From Amphiscolops sp. MND2022 (taxonomy: Eukaryota): a stretch of DNA of 64,000 nt. Positions 1-10,899 of the stretch are shown here, piece after piece. Within the stretch, counting starts at the first letter, position 1. Each line of letters begins with the position of its first letter. The stretch covers positions 93,870,001-93,934,000 of the forward strand of contig OZ076409.1 in assembly GCA_964187785.1 (NCBI GenBank), in the 5' to 3' direction. The position numbers and the translations under genes were made by a program. Under the pieces are notes generated by a model that saw only the letters and a program-made list of their open reading frames with translations, searched no databases and was not told the DNA's origin.

Positions 1-1
1 C

Positions 2-2773
2 CTTCTAGATAGCGGTGCTTCCATTTCTGTACTCAATTATCCAACATACATAACTCTTACAAAACTTCTTGATATCAGACCAAATCACACCTCTGATGTT
101 GGACCAACTAGAAATTCCAAAACACTAACTGTTGCAAACCAAACTGAAGTTCCTATTTTACATTATGCAAATATCATTCTCAACACTACTATTGCCGAAA
201 ACTCTCGATACTTTTCAGTACCCTTCGCAGTAGCTGATATTAAATACAATATCCTTGGTACACCATTCTTCGAAGACAATATACAAAACATAAACATACA
301 AGACTTTACACTCGAATTTAAATACCAATCAAAAACACACCCAAATTATGCAAAATTTACAACACTTCTATCTAAAGATTATCCATATTTCTCTTACATT
401 TATAGAATTAACTCAAAAACTCAAATACGTCTAAAACCCAAATCTTCCAAAATTGCACACTTTCCGATTAAAAATTATCATAATCTTCATTTTACAACTA
501 CACCACAAAACCACTTCTTTCCTTCAGTACCTCATACCTATTTTGCTACCAAATTCCGTACAAATTTCAATTTCATTGAAGTTTTTACAGACGACAAGCC
601 AGACATATGTGCAACTATTATTCAAAACACTTCAAAACATATTGCAACGCTACCTACAGGACATATTGGATACATCGAAGTCCCAATTACTAATGAAAAA
701 CCTAAATTCTTCCAAGTTAACGACATTAATACTTTAATACATAATGTTACTCATACTTATCATCCTGATATTACCGAACCACTTCCACAGACCAATTATA
801 TTGTACAATATGATGATCCTACAACCCCTCCTCCACATTTCTCTCTACATCAAATTTATATGACAAATGACAACATTCCAAACCAAACTTCTCCTCTATA
901 TAACGTTCAGCCTACTTCTCATACCTCAGAAAAACGCATTTTCCCTTCTCTTCCATATACTTCTGAAAATCTGAAATTTATTAACAAATTTAACTTCCAA
1001 TTTTCTGACCTTACAGATTCAGAATACATTACTCTTTGCAATATGCTACTCAAATATAAAACATGTTATGCAACCCATAAAAACGATGTTGGAAAAATTT
1101 CAACACCCTTTCGTATCCGACTTAAACCAAATGCTCAACTTATGACACAACGTCCTTCCAAAGTCCCTATTCATTATCGAGACAAATTAAATGCACTTCT
1201 CAAAGAACTCGAAAAATATAACATTATTAAACAAATTGGTTCTTCTCCTCAAGACAAACCCGTTTATGGCACAACTTATTTAAATCCTCTTATTATAATC
1301 CCCAAGGGAGATACAATAAAATGTGTATTAGACGCTCGACATCTTAATTCCAATACAGAACAATCTGATGAATCTTGGCCTATTGAACCTCTTGCTCCAC
1401 AACTAGCACGCGCAAACAAAAAGTACAAATCTGCTATTGACCTTATGTATGCCTATGCACATACACCTCTTGACGAAGATACTATAAAACTTACTAGCTT
1501 CTCCTCTGGAGACAAACTTTTCGCTTTCATACGAGGCTTTTATGGTCTCAAAGGACTACCAAATTTCTTTACAAAACAAATGTCTACATTCTTTAAAACT
1601 CTTATAGAACAAGGTTTCGCGCTTGTCTACATTGACGATATATTACTTTTATCCGACTCTAAAGAACACATGTTTCAACTCATAGAACAATTACACATTA
1701 TCAGTACAAAAAATAATCTTAAACTAGCCCCTGAAAAATCCTTTTTCATGCTCCTTAAAGTCAAATTCCTTGGACATGAAATTGGTTACAATACAATTAA
1801 ACCAATTCATTCAAAAATTGCAGCTATTCATAAGATCCCTTCTCCAACTGGCAAAGTTGCCCTAATGAGTTTCATTGGCGCACTCAATTTTTACACCAAA
1901 TTTATTGAAAAACTACATATTAACCTCAAACCGTTTTACGATCTTTTACATGAAAACACTCCTTGGAAATGGACAGACGAACACGAAAGTCTATTCCAAA
2001 AACTTGAAATGTCTCTCACTTCTGAAACAGAATTAACAATACCGAACACAAAACATCCATTTTTCATTACAGTTGACGCTTCCCTTATTGGATTAGGCGC
2101 TGTCTTATTCCAGTTAAATGAACAAAACAAAATGAAAGTCATATCGTACAATTCTCGTATACTTAGCCCACAAGAACAAAAACTCTCCACACTTGATAGA
2201 GAACTCCTTGGTATAGTACACGCACTTCAAATCTATGAATTTCTTATCATAGGTTCTCCACATCCAATACACATTTTCACTGATCACAAACCTTTATTAC
2301 ATTGTTTTACAAAGAAAGGTAATCTCAGCCCCCGTTTCTATAGAGCTCAAATGCAATTGACAAAATTTTCAAAACTCAAAATAATTCACACCCCTGGAAA
2401 AAATCTCTCTGTTGCCGATATGTTGAGTCGCTCATTCACAAAAGCTGAATTACAACTTAACCAATTAAAACATAAACACCTCCCACCACAAAACGATTTT
2501 GCACTTTTACAAGATAACACTCTTAAACCTGTACATTACTTAATAAAACATGAAGAAATTTTACCTCATCAAAAACATGACTCTCATCCAATTCTTGCTG
2601 ATTATGGTACAGATCAATTCTCTATTCGTATCAATGATAAAGGAAATGACATTATTGTAAAACCCTTACAATCTTTCTCCTTCAAATCTGTAACTCCTTT
2701 TCAAACCAAATTTAAGACACCTACAAAAAAAGAACAACAAAACCCTTCATCAACAATCTCTCTTACTCAATGA
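2..2773 (+). CDS. pol: Pol part 1: aspartic protease, spacer, reverse transcriptase, RNase H (open from window start)
   Basis: Frame +2 is open from base 2: LLDSGASIS and NILGTPF (protease); LDARHLN, FYGLKGLP, VYIDDILL, KFLGHEI (RT); TVDAS, RELLGIV, FTDHKPL, ADMLSR (RNase H). Confidence 0.95.
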   Translation, partial: LLDSGASISVLNYPTYITLTKLLDIRPNHTSDVGPTRNSKTLTVANQTEVPILHYANIILNTTIAENSRYFSVPFAVADIKYNILGTPFFEDNIQNINIQDFTLEFKYQSKTHPNYAKFTTLLSKDYPYFSYIYRINSKTQIRLKPKSSKIAHFPIKNYHNLHFTTTPQNHFFPSVPHTYFATKFRTNFNFIEVFTDDKPDICATIIQNTSKHIATLPTGHIGYIEVPITNEKPKFFQVNDINTLIHNVTHTYHPDITEPLPQTNYIVQYDDPTTPPPHFSLHQIYMTNDNIPNQTSPLYNVQPTSHTSEKRIFPSLPYTSENLKFINKFNFQFSDLTDSEYITLCNMLLKYKTCYATHKNDVGKISTPFRIRLKPNAQLMTQRPSKVPIHYRDKLNALLKELEKYNIIKQIGSSPQDKPVYGTTYLNPLIIIPKGDTIKCVLDARHLNSNTEQSDESWPIEPLAPQLARANKKYKSAIDLMYAYAHTPLDEDTIKLTSFSSGDKLFAFIRGFYGLKGLPNFFTKQMSTFFKTLIEQGFALVYIDDILLLSDSKEHMFQLIEQLHIISTKNNLKLAPEKSFFMLLKVKFLGHEIGYNTIKPIHSKIAAIHKIPSPTGKVALMSFIGALNFYTKFIEKLHINLKPFYDLLHENTPWKWTDEHESLFQKLEMSLTSETELTIPNTKHPFFITVDASLIGLGAVLFQLNEQNKMKVISYNSRILSPQEQKLSTLDRELLGIVHALQIYEFLIIGSPHPIHIFTDHKPLLHCFTKKGNLSPRFYRAQMQLTKFSKLKIIHTPGKNLSVADMLSRSFTKAELQLNQLKHKHLPPQNDFALLQDNTLKPVHYLIKHEEILPHQKHDSHPILADYGTDQFSIRINDKGNDIIVKPLQSFSFKSVTPFQTKFKTPTKKEQQNPSSTISLTQ

Positions 2774-3530
2774 TACTGACGTTACAAGTGATGACGAAGA
2801 TCATATTTACACCAGAATTCCAAAATCTGACTCTTCCTTCTCACAAGATACTACATTACAAACAGAAAATTATTCTACTCTTAAACAACCAAGTTACAAC
2901 ACCTCACAGAAATCAATTTCTGCAATAAATGTACAACCAAATTTACCATCTCTCACACACTGTCAACAAATTATACCTTTTTATGATACATCATTTTTTA
3001 AGTACAAAAACTATTTTCAAGGTTTCTTCCTCCCCGATGATTACTCATTAGACATAAAAACTCTCCAACAACAACAATCTCAAGATCCGGTTCTCAAAAC
3101 TGTTTACTCTTGGTTACTAAACAATGAAAAACCCGATTTTATAACACCTCTTATCACTGGTACTCCATTTCTACATGTATATTACAAAAGATTTTCACAA
3201 CTTTTCATTGATGAATCCACTAATCTTATTAGTCTGTATATTACAAACCCCACTGTTAATAACCATACCTCTACTCCAAATTTTGTACAAGATACTATTC
3301 GCATATGCCTACCTTTCCGACTGTTTAAAACTGTCTTTAACAAACTTCATGAACATTCTCACACTGGTATGAAAATCACCTACAATACATTCAAACAATA
3401 CTACTATATTCCATTCCTTGAAAAATGGCTTTCCATTTTCATACATGACTGTATTGAATGTCAACGTAATAAGCACTTCAATATGAAAATTCAAACTGCT
3501 CCTACACAATCATTTTCAGAACATGCTCCA
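2730..3530 (+). CDS. pol: Pol part 2: RH-IN linker and integrase HHCC zinc finger (frameshifted segment, frame +3)
   Basis: After a +1 shift at the A7 run 2725-2731, frame +3 reads ...QQQQSQDPVLKTVYSW...LHEHSHTGMKITY...CIECQRNK; a second shift at 3531-3534 rejoins frame +2. Confidence 0.85.
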
Positions 3531-3532
3531 TT

Positions 3533-4888
3533 TTCAACTATAGAATCTCAATGGACACTAAAGGACCTATTAACCCTCCTTCTCATAACAAATCCTATAT
3601 ACATGTAATAATTGACGCTTTTAGTCACTTTGTTGTTACAGTACCCATCAAATCAAACAACGCAAAGACTGCTATCAAAACTCTCTTACACCACTGGATT
3701 ATTAAATTTGGACCACCCATATACCTTGTCACTGATCGTGGATCAGAATATGTTAACAAAGAAATGGCACACCTTTGTACACTTATGGGAATTCGTCATT
3801 CTCCTAGAACAGCTTATTCTCCTTGGACAAATGGCCTTGTTGAAGTACAAAACAGAAATCTTGGTACTCATCTTCGAATGTTCCTACATGACACACCTAA
3901 AGATTGGGCATTTCAAGTCCATATGTACGCTTATGCACATAATTCACAACCACTTTCAGAACTCAATGTTTCACCTCACGAAATTGTTTTCCATACTAGA
4001 CCCAGAATACCCCTCACATTTGATTTAAACCTTAATCGAGATACCTCCAAGACATGTATTTCACGCTATTGCTCTCAACTCCCTGAACACTCTCACTATG
4101 ATAAATCAGATTTAAACCCATTTTTCTATAAAACACTTTCAAAACCCATTCCCCAATGGTTTCTCGCTGTAGAAACTGCTATGTTACAAATTTATTCCAC
4201 AGTCTACGAAAACACCCTACGAAAAATTAATTCACACGCATACATTACAAAAACTTACCACGAAGGTAAACCCCTTCCTATTGGTACCTTTGTTTTAAAA
4301 CGCAATTTTACACATGTTCACTTTTCAGACAAACTCAAACCCCTTCGGATTGGACCATATAAAATTCTTGACAGACTATCAGACGTCACATATGCACTAC
4401 TTGCACAAGATGGCTCTACAGTACACGTTCATAGAAATCATTTAATCCCATATTACCCTAAAGAACCACTCTTATATCCACATTTGCGTAATTTTATGCG
4501 CTTTTCAGACACAACTCAAAACCAAATTCCACAAATTACCAGATATGCAAACAGTGATTCTTCCCCGTTTAACTCTGATGAATCTTTGTCTGAAGAAGAT
4601 TCTCAAACATTTATGACACCACCATCATTTAGTACATCCAATCAAAATACACCATCTATAACATCCAATGACAAGTCTTTACCTTCCTCAACCAATGACA
4701 ACTCCTTATATAAACATATAATTAATACCCCTCACACTAATGTCCCTAGTGACAGATCGAGACACCCTTCTAACAACCAAACAACTTCACTTCCTCCTCT
4801 AATTGACAGAACCACAAAAACCACTTATAAACTACGACAACATCCCAAATTAGATTATAGACTTTTTATTACACCTTCAAAACTGTAA
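3533..4888 (+). CDS. pol: Pol part 3: DDE integrase core, GPY/F-type region and S/T/P-rich tail
   Basis: ISMDTKGP, VTDRGSEY, NGLVEVQN (D,D,E); KLKPLRIGPYKIL; C-terminal YKLR motif. Confidence 0.93.
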   Translation, partial: FNYRISMDTKGPINPPSHNKSYIHVIIDAFSHFVVTVPIKSNNAKTAIKTLLHHWIIKFGPPIYLVTDRGSEYVNKEMAHLCTLMGIRHSPRTAYSPWTNGLVEVQNRNLGTHLRMFLHDTPKDWAFQVHMYAYAHNSQPLSELNVSPHEIVFHTRPRIPLTFDLNLNRDTSKTCISRYCSQLPEHSHYDKSDLNPFFYKTLSKPIPQWFLAVETAMLQIYSTVYENTLRKINSHAYITKTYHEGKPLPIGTFVLKRNFTHVHFSDKLKPLRIGPYKILDRLSDVTYALLAQDGSTVHVHRNHLIPYYPKEPLLYPHLRNFMRFSDTTQNQIPQITRYANSDSSPFNSDESLSEEDSQTFMTPPSFSTSNQNTPSITSNDKSLPSSTNDNSLYKHIINTPHTNVPSDRSRHPSNNQTTSLPPLIDRTTKTTYKLRQHPKLDYRLFITPSKL

Positions 4889-4989
4889 TCTAGTCATTCT
4901 ATCTGTTGGCTTACTCAAACCTAGTCACTCCGGTTGAATAAATGTTGAATAAATGAAATAAAACTCATAACAAGTTATCTTACAGATAA

Positions 4990-6246
4990 CCTGTTGAAAA
5001 CACTTCAACAATCCTGGATCCTCCCTCTGATATCTCTCCATCAGCTCCAAGTATTCCTTCTACACCTGAATCTTCAGTATCAAACACTACAAACTCTAGT
5101 AATGTAACTCCTACTACTCCTTCTAAAAGACCCAGATCATACATCTCTGAAACCACTTCTTCTTCACTTCTTCACAGACCACCTATAACCGAAATTCCTA
5201 TAAACACTCGTCCCCAACAAACTCCTATTAACACTCCTATTATACATATACCAAACCCTGAAAGTGTTGAACAATACGTAACATACAAACACCCTACAGC
5301 TATCAAAACTGTTAGACTCCAACCTCAACTTAATCTAGTACAAATTCCTGATACTGAATATACGAAACTACCTCCACTAAAATTACCTTCAGAACTTAGC
5401 ACTACAGAACTTAGCACTACTTCTTCAAAACTTTATCCACCATTAAAACCTCTTCGAAAACCCTCTACATCACTCTCAAATCTCTTAGACAATAATACTT
5501 CTGACTACGCTCCATCACAAGACACAAGCTCATTTTTTGTACCTAGACATAGATATAATCTTCGTGACCTTCCTTCACGTAGACTTAGTACCGACACTTC
5601 CACACTCAATTTTTCCGCTCTTTCTAGCAATTCTGCATTACGACTTGTAAGACAACACGCTCAACCATTGTCCTCTGACCCATCATCTTCAGAACTCTTT
5701 CAATCTCCTTATTTTACTTCTGGTTTTGAAACCGCTTCATTACTCTCATCAAACCCACAAACTGCATTTCTATCAGGAGATCTCTTTTCACAAGTAGTAA
5801 TCCCTACTCCTGTTCCTGCACATATTAGACTACCTGAATACTATACTGCAGAACATTCTAGACCTCCAACCCCAAATTTTGCTGATTATCCACTTCGAGT
5901 CGATGGTATAACTATCTACGACCCACAAAACGATCCTCGATTTCCAATTCTTGCAGAACGTTTTATTAATAACAACGATCTCTTATCTCATAAACGTAAA
6001 GAAACAGAACTAAAACGTCTTCAGACACCAAATTTAGAACTTAAATTTGAAGTCAAAGTCAAATTTCAAGGATTAAATCCTCATCCAATATTTCACGTTT
6101 CTAAAATAGAACATAAAACCTCTCCTGCTCCTTTTGAAGTAGTACATATTGAATTCGAACGCGATCTTAATATACCCACTATCACGTATGGCAACATTGT
6201 CTTCTGTAATCCATACTCTGGTCTTAAATATAAGACATCCTTTTAA
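4990..6246 (+). CDS. Accessory ORF A, 418 open codons, S/T/P-rich N-terminal half, no in-frame ATG (candidate CTG start at 5014)
   Basis: Frame +1 is stop-free from 4990 to TAA at 6244-6246; the ORF track shows only the part from TTG 5668. Confidence 0.65.
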   Translation, partial: PVENTSTILDPPSDISPSAPSIPSTPESSVSNTTNSSNVTPTTPSKRPRSYISETTSSSLLHRPPITEIPINTRPQQTPINTPIIHIPNPESVEQYVTYKHPTAIKTVRLQPQLNLVQIPDTEYTKLPPLKLPSELSTTELSTTSSKLYPPLKPLRKPSTSLSNLLDNNTSDYAPSQDTSSFFVPRHRYNLRDLPSRRLSTDTSTLNFSALSSNSALRLVRQHAQPLSSDPSSSELFQSPYFTSGFETASLLSSNPQTAFLSGDLFSQVVIPTPVPAHIRLPEYYTAEHSRPPTPNFADYPLRVDGITIYDPQNDPRFPILAERFINNNDLLSHKRKETELKRLQTPNLELKFEVKVKFQGLNPHPIFHVSKIEHKTSPAPFEVVHIEFERDLNIPTITYGNIVFCNPYSGLKYKTSF

Positions 6247-8897
6247 ATCTTACACAACCTCTTATATAACAACTATAATTCTTTTCTTACACTTCTTTAA
6301 CTCTATCTTTTCCATACCTATAGTACTCCCTGACACAGAAAACTATCTTCCATCGGATGACCCGAATATTACAAATCTCATGGTTTCTCATTATGATTGT
6401 GCAAAACAACACAATCTCAGACAATTTAATCTACTTAATGTAAAACAATGCACTGAAGCTCCTTCTGACATTAAACATGCAAGTGTTAAAGCCCGTGTAT
6501 ATGTCCGCGCAAAAGCTAAACGTATCAAAGCTTTCAAATGTGTTGCTTATGCAAAGAAAGAAAGGAAAATATGCTTTCAAGGATCTGTCAAATACCGTCG
6601 TGTTGATCGAACTGTATGGAATCATAATACATTACCGCTTCCTGTTACTCTTGATCCGGTAGAATGTAAAAACATTATAAGACATTTAAATGGTACAAAT
6701 GATAAAATATTGAACAACCTTAACTACAACAAAACATTTACACTCTTAGAAGATCATTATTTTCAAGAACGTTTAGAACAATATCAAACTCCTTTCACTG
6801 TATATCAATTGAACAAAATGTATACAGGTACATTTACATTTATGCCTGCTGATAAAAACTGGATATATGACCCTACAAAAAACCCTTATCAGAACTGTCC
6901 TGCTCATCATCAATTCGAAGTCAACTTAGTTAGTTGGCGACTAGAAGTTTCCGAAATAGAACTTACATATGATGACACATCAAATGACATGATAATTGAT
7001 GGACATACATTACCCTGCTATTTTGCAGACGGCTTCTGTAAACCCACTACAAAAACTCCTTTTTACTCTTGTTTGGTTTAATGATGATTATTGTCTAATT
7101 TTTACCCTACAAGACTTTATTGGACGTATGACTAAAATTGAAGATAGATATTGGATTGAAACAGACTCTTTTGTACATTCTCCACATTCAGTAAAATCTC
7201 AAACTGCTTCTGGCATAAAAGGTACAGAACACCCTTATGTTCATGCTCCTCATACACAACATCCAAATAACCCAAGTCTTTCAAGATTTGAAGTTTTTCC
7301 TACAGCACAAACCTTTTGTGGTAAACCAGACCCTCTCTATTCTACACAATACTCAGACCTTTTTGTTACATACACTGATGGTTTTAATATGCATACAGGA
7401 CAACCTAATCCTCATTCCATAATTGATGAGTATATCTCTGGTAAAATAGTATTGGACACTTCAAAAAACAAATTTGTGTTTCCTGCATTAAATGTATCAA
7501 ACAATTTCGCTACCATTGATTATGATGCACATATAAACACCAAAATTGACTACACTATTAATCATGTTTTTCGATCAATGACAGTACAAGAACTAAATAC
7601 TCTTCATACAATATGTGAACTAGAACGAAATCAACTCCTTACAATACTTGCAATGTCAGTACAAAATCCTCAACTTGCTGGTTTCCTTTTAACTGGTAAT
7701 AGAAGTAACTTCTTATACGTTGAAGGCTCAACCGCCTGGCTTTATGACTGTCCTCATTTTTTATCTCCTTTATACAAAGCAGATAGATGCTTTGACCGTA
7801 TACCCATACATTTTAAAGATACCTTAATGTACGTTGATCCTATTACAAGACAAACTTATGATTATGCTACACCAATTACATGCGATAATAATCCACGTAA
7901 CATTATTGAACTCGACCCTGATTCAGATGATCAAGACTTTTACATTCTTGGACCTGAACCTATCAAACGTAAACCTCCACTAATGTTTACACCCTCACAA
8001 ATCAAAACTACAATACGCCCTAATACTTTTACAGCCCAAGATGCTGGTATATATTCAAATGCAGAACTTGATCAATTTTGGAACCGTATCTTATTTTCTA
8101 AACACTCTGATTCTACACTCCAATTGCTAGGTAAAGCTTTTAGTTATTCATTCATTTCATCTAATACTCCAAATTACGATGCAGATTCCCCTCAAGACTC
8201 TGGTAATCCTTACAATACATTACGAATAGGACTACATGATAAACTCTTGAACTTAACTCCTCTTTTCACACCTACATGGTTCTCTGATGCTTTTATTGCA
8301 CTTTTTGGATACCCTTGTTACATTCTTACACAATGTGGCATATACTTTTCTACATTTCTTTTTGTACAAGCTACTCTTACACTTATTGTTAAACTTTACA
8401 AAACAATATCCATTAAATATAATCTTAAAAATAATATTACTTTACTTAGTTCTATTGCACATGGTTTTTTTAATGTTCTTACAGCACGAATGGTCAGTGA
8501 CCTACATGAGACTCAAAACAAAAAACCCAAAAGTACACTTTTCAAATCCAAATCTTTAGATAACTTTATTGACACTTCTCCAAATTTAATTAACCATTCT
8601 ACAGATGTTACTTCCCCTCCACCTTTTTATACCAAACGATCTAACAAAATTCAATTTCCTAAATTTAACTTCCTTCCGAAACGACACCACAATTCTCACC
8701 ATAAAACGACTCCACTTCCTTTCTCTTCTATCCAACATCCCCCACTTCCTAATTATACTCATAAAAACTTTCACTCGAATGACAATCTAACTACTCAACA
8801 TGACACTTTAATTAACAATCCTGTCACTTCTACTACGGATACACCAATTAAAATCTATTCACGAATAAACTATCCTTTTCCTCCTCCATCTTCTTGA
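6188..8897 (+). CDS. env: Envelope-like glycoprotein, class III fusion-protein type (chuvirus G / herpes gB-like), one +1 frameshift at T5 run 7060-7064
   Basis: Signal-like hydrophobic stretch (ITTIILFLHFFNSIFS); YDC-x-NLRQFNLLNVKQC; CELERNQLLTILAMSVQNPQLAGFLL...G..AWLYDC; CFDRIP...YVDPITR...ITC; N-glycosylation sequons; TM segment GIYFSTFLFVQATLTLIV; cytoplasmic tail. Confidence 0.85.
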
Positions 8898-9146
8898 ACT
8901 CTCTCTCAGTTCTTCTGAAACTCTCTTCCAGAACACTCGCCTGCTATTTCTTCACAATTGCTACTCCTCCAACACTTGAAACTCTTGCAGAAATTCATCT
9001 TCCTCAGTCCAATAATACTTCTCTCATAATAACCATCTTCAAAAACTCTTCAACTAAAGTTGATAAATCCACTCGTTAGTGTAATTTATAGTACTTTAAC
9101 TTTAAAGTGCTAAGGCCTCTTGGAATAGATAACACTGTGACTGTTG

Positions 9147-10490
9147 ATGCTTTCTCAAACAATGACACAAGCACAAATTGATCTACAAACACAGCTTGAA
9201 CAAGCAACCCCAACAGATCTTATAACAAGACCTCTTTCAAATGATTCTCCTGTTCTCTATATTGACACTTCTGACAAAACACCTCCAACTTTTCTTGAAC
9301 CAATGGAACACACAAAAGTTGAAAAAGAAAATCCAAAACCTACTCCTCCACAAGATGATACTGATCATACACAATCGACACCACCTCCTCCAAAAAAGCG
9401 ATATGAAATAATGAAAGATCCAATCTTTCTTTCATCACCAATATATCCTCCTTCAATACCTTCAAAAATTTCACTTTGCACGAATCGCGATGATCATTTG
9501 ATCTCAATTCTTTCCACTGACGATTTCGTCTTTAAAGCACAACTAACTTCTCTATATATGCATCCTACGGACTACTCATTTCGCTTATATGACAAAAATC
9601 AAGACTTCTTCACATCCATTGCTTCCAAAATAATGGGTCCATACCAATATTGGCTCGAGAATGGAGTTAAAATTTTCTCTCTCCAATTCAATTTTCTTAG
9701 ACCTTCTATATACGATCTCAAAACGGATGAATCTGATCCATCCTTTCTCTCTATAGCACAAAAAGCTTCTCATCATCAGACATATACTAAATTTCTACAA
9801 TACACGAAACCACAAAATTATATTTTTGTCAATTACAAATATACATCACCGTTCACAATGACAAATATGTACACTCTCGATCATTCCTGTATAACAGGCT
9901 ACCTTCGGAACTATGACCCTATAAAGCAATACTTCTGTTTGCTTCCATATAACAATACTTCACGTCCACTTATTGTACCTCAAGAATATCTTATACATTA
10001 CGATGATTTTTTGTTGCCTTCCAACATCCCTACTCAAATTGCAAAACCTCTTACTGTTATTAAACACCTCGTTTCTTCTCCACTTGACGATAAAGATAGA
10101 ACATACTATACAGCACTCTACAAACAAACGTATTCCTACAATGAACTTCTCTTTATATCTGCCAAAACTATCTCTTTCATGGTACAAGCTGAACAAAAAA
10201 CTGAACATAAATCACACACTTCGCCCATCAAAAACACTCATGACAAACTTTCCTCTGTATTAACCAATCGAACACTTCGAGACATAACAAATTTACTGGA
10301 ACCCTATAAACGAAACTCCTCTGAAACACCTATCACAACACTCACACATATACTACACTGTTATGACAGAACACACAAACTCCTTCAGACACTCGATTTA
10401 GACTCTCAACGCATCACTCAATCATCCCAAGCAATCCAAACTGCTTTGGAAACTATAACTACCCTTTTTAATTCAACTAATCTTCATTAA
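9147..10490 (+). CDS. Accessory ORF B, ~447 aa, unknown function
   Basis: Long intact ORF downstream of env within the element; Pro/Thr-rich N-terminus with NLS-like PPPPKKR. Confidence 0.75.
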   Translation: MLSQTMTQAQIDLQTQLEQATPTDLITRPLSNDSPVLYIDTSDKTPPTFLEPMEHTKVEKENPKPTPPQDDTDHTQSTPPPPKKRYEIMKDPIFLSSPIYPPSIPSKISLCTNRDDHLISILSTDDFVFKAQLTSLYMHPTDYSFRLYDKNQDFFTSIASKIMGPYQYWLENGVKIFSLQFNFLRPSIYDLKTDESDPSFLSIAQKASHHQTYTKFLQYTKPQNYIFVNYKYTSPFTMTNMYTLDHSCITGYLRNYDPIKQYFCLLPYNNTSRPLIVPQEYLIHYDDFLLPSNIPTQIAKPLTVIKHLVSSPLDDKDRTYYTALYKQTYSYNELLFISAKTISFMVQAEQKTEHKSHTSPIKNTHDKLSSVLTNRTLRDITNLLEPYKRNSSETPITTLTHILHCYDRTHKLLQTLDLDSQRITQSSQAIQTALETITTLFNSTNLH

Positions 10491-10899
10491 ACTCCTCTAC
10501 AGGTAATATAAAGTTTTAAATTTTCTTCTCTGGTACATTCTATGGTACATCTGTGGCACATTTTACCAGGTATTTTCATTTTTATTTAACGAAAATCCTT
10601 ACTTTTGAATGAAATCTCAGGACTGTTTTTTAAGTACACTAATTTTTCCTACAGTACATATCAAAAACTAACTATTTTTTACTCAAAACACTACAATACA
10701 AGACATACAAGGCAATATAAAATAACACTACATATGGTACATTATAGCACCCATTTTTGTTGTACATCTTTGACTTGATATTGTCATTCTTCTTACACTT
10801 CCTTTGTTTTAGAAACATCCATTCTTCCTTCTCCTTCATCCAAATTCTTTCAGAACATCCCACCTTCTCTTTCTTCGTATTCTTCAAACTCTCGTCATA

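Noticed and set aside
2725..2732. AAAAAAG as a programmed -1 frameshift
   Set aside because: The needed shift is +1, and a compensating indel follows at ~3531
2430..3060. Second RNase H domain as in vertebrate retroviruses
   Set aside because: No D-E-D motif pattern is visible, and the first RNase H retains its catalytic motifs
10672..10887. Antisense ORF in the retroelement
   Set aside because: Short, and explained by the pyrimidine-rich sense strand
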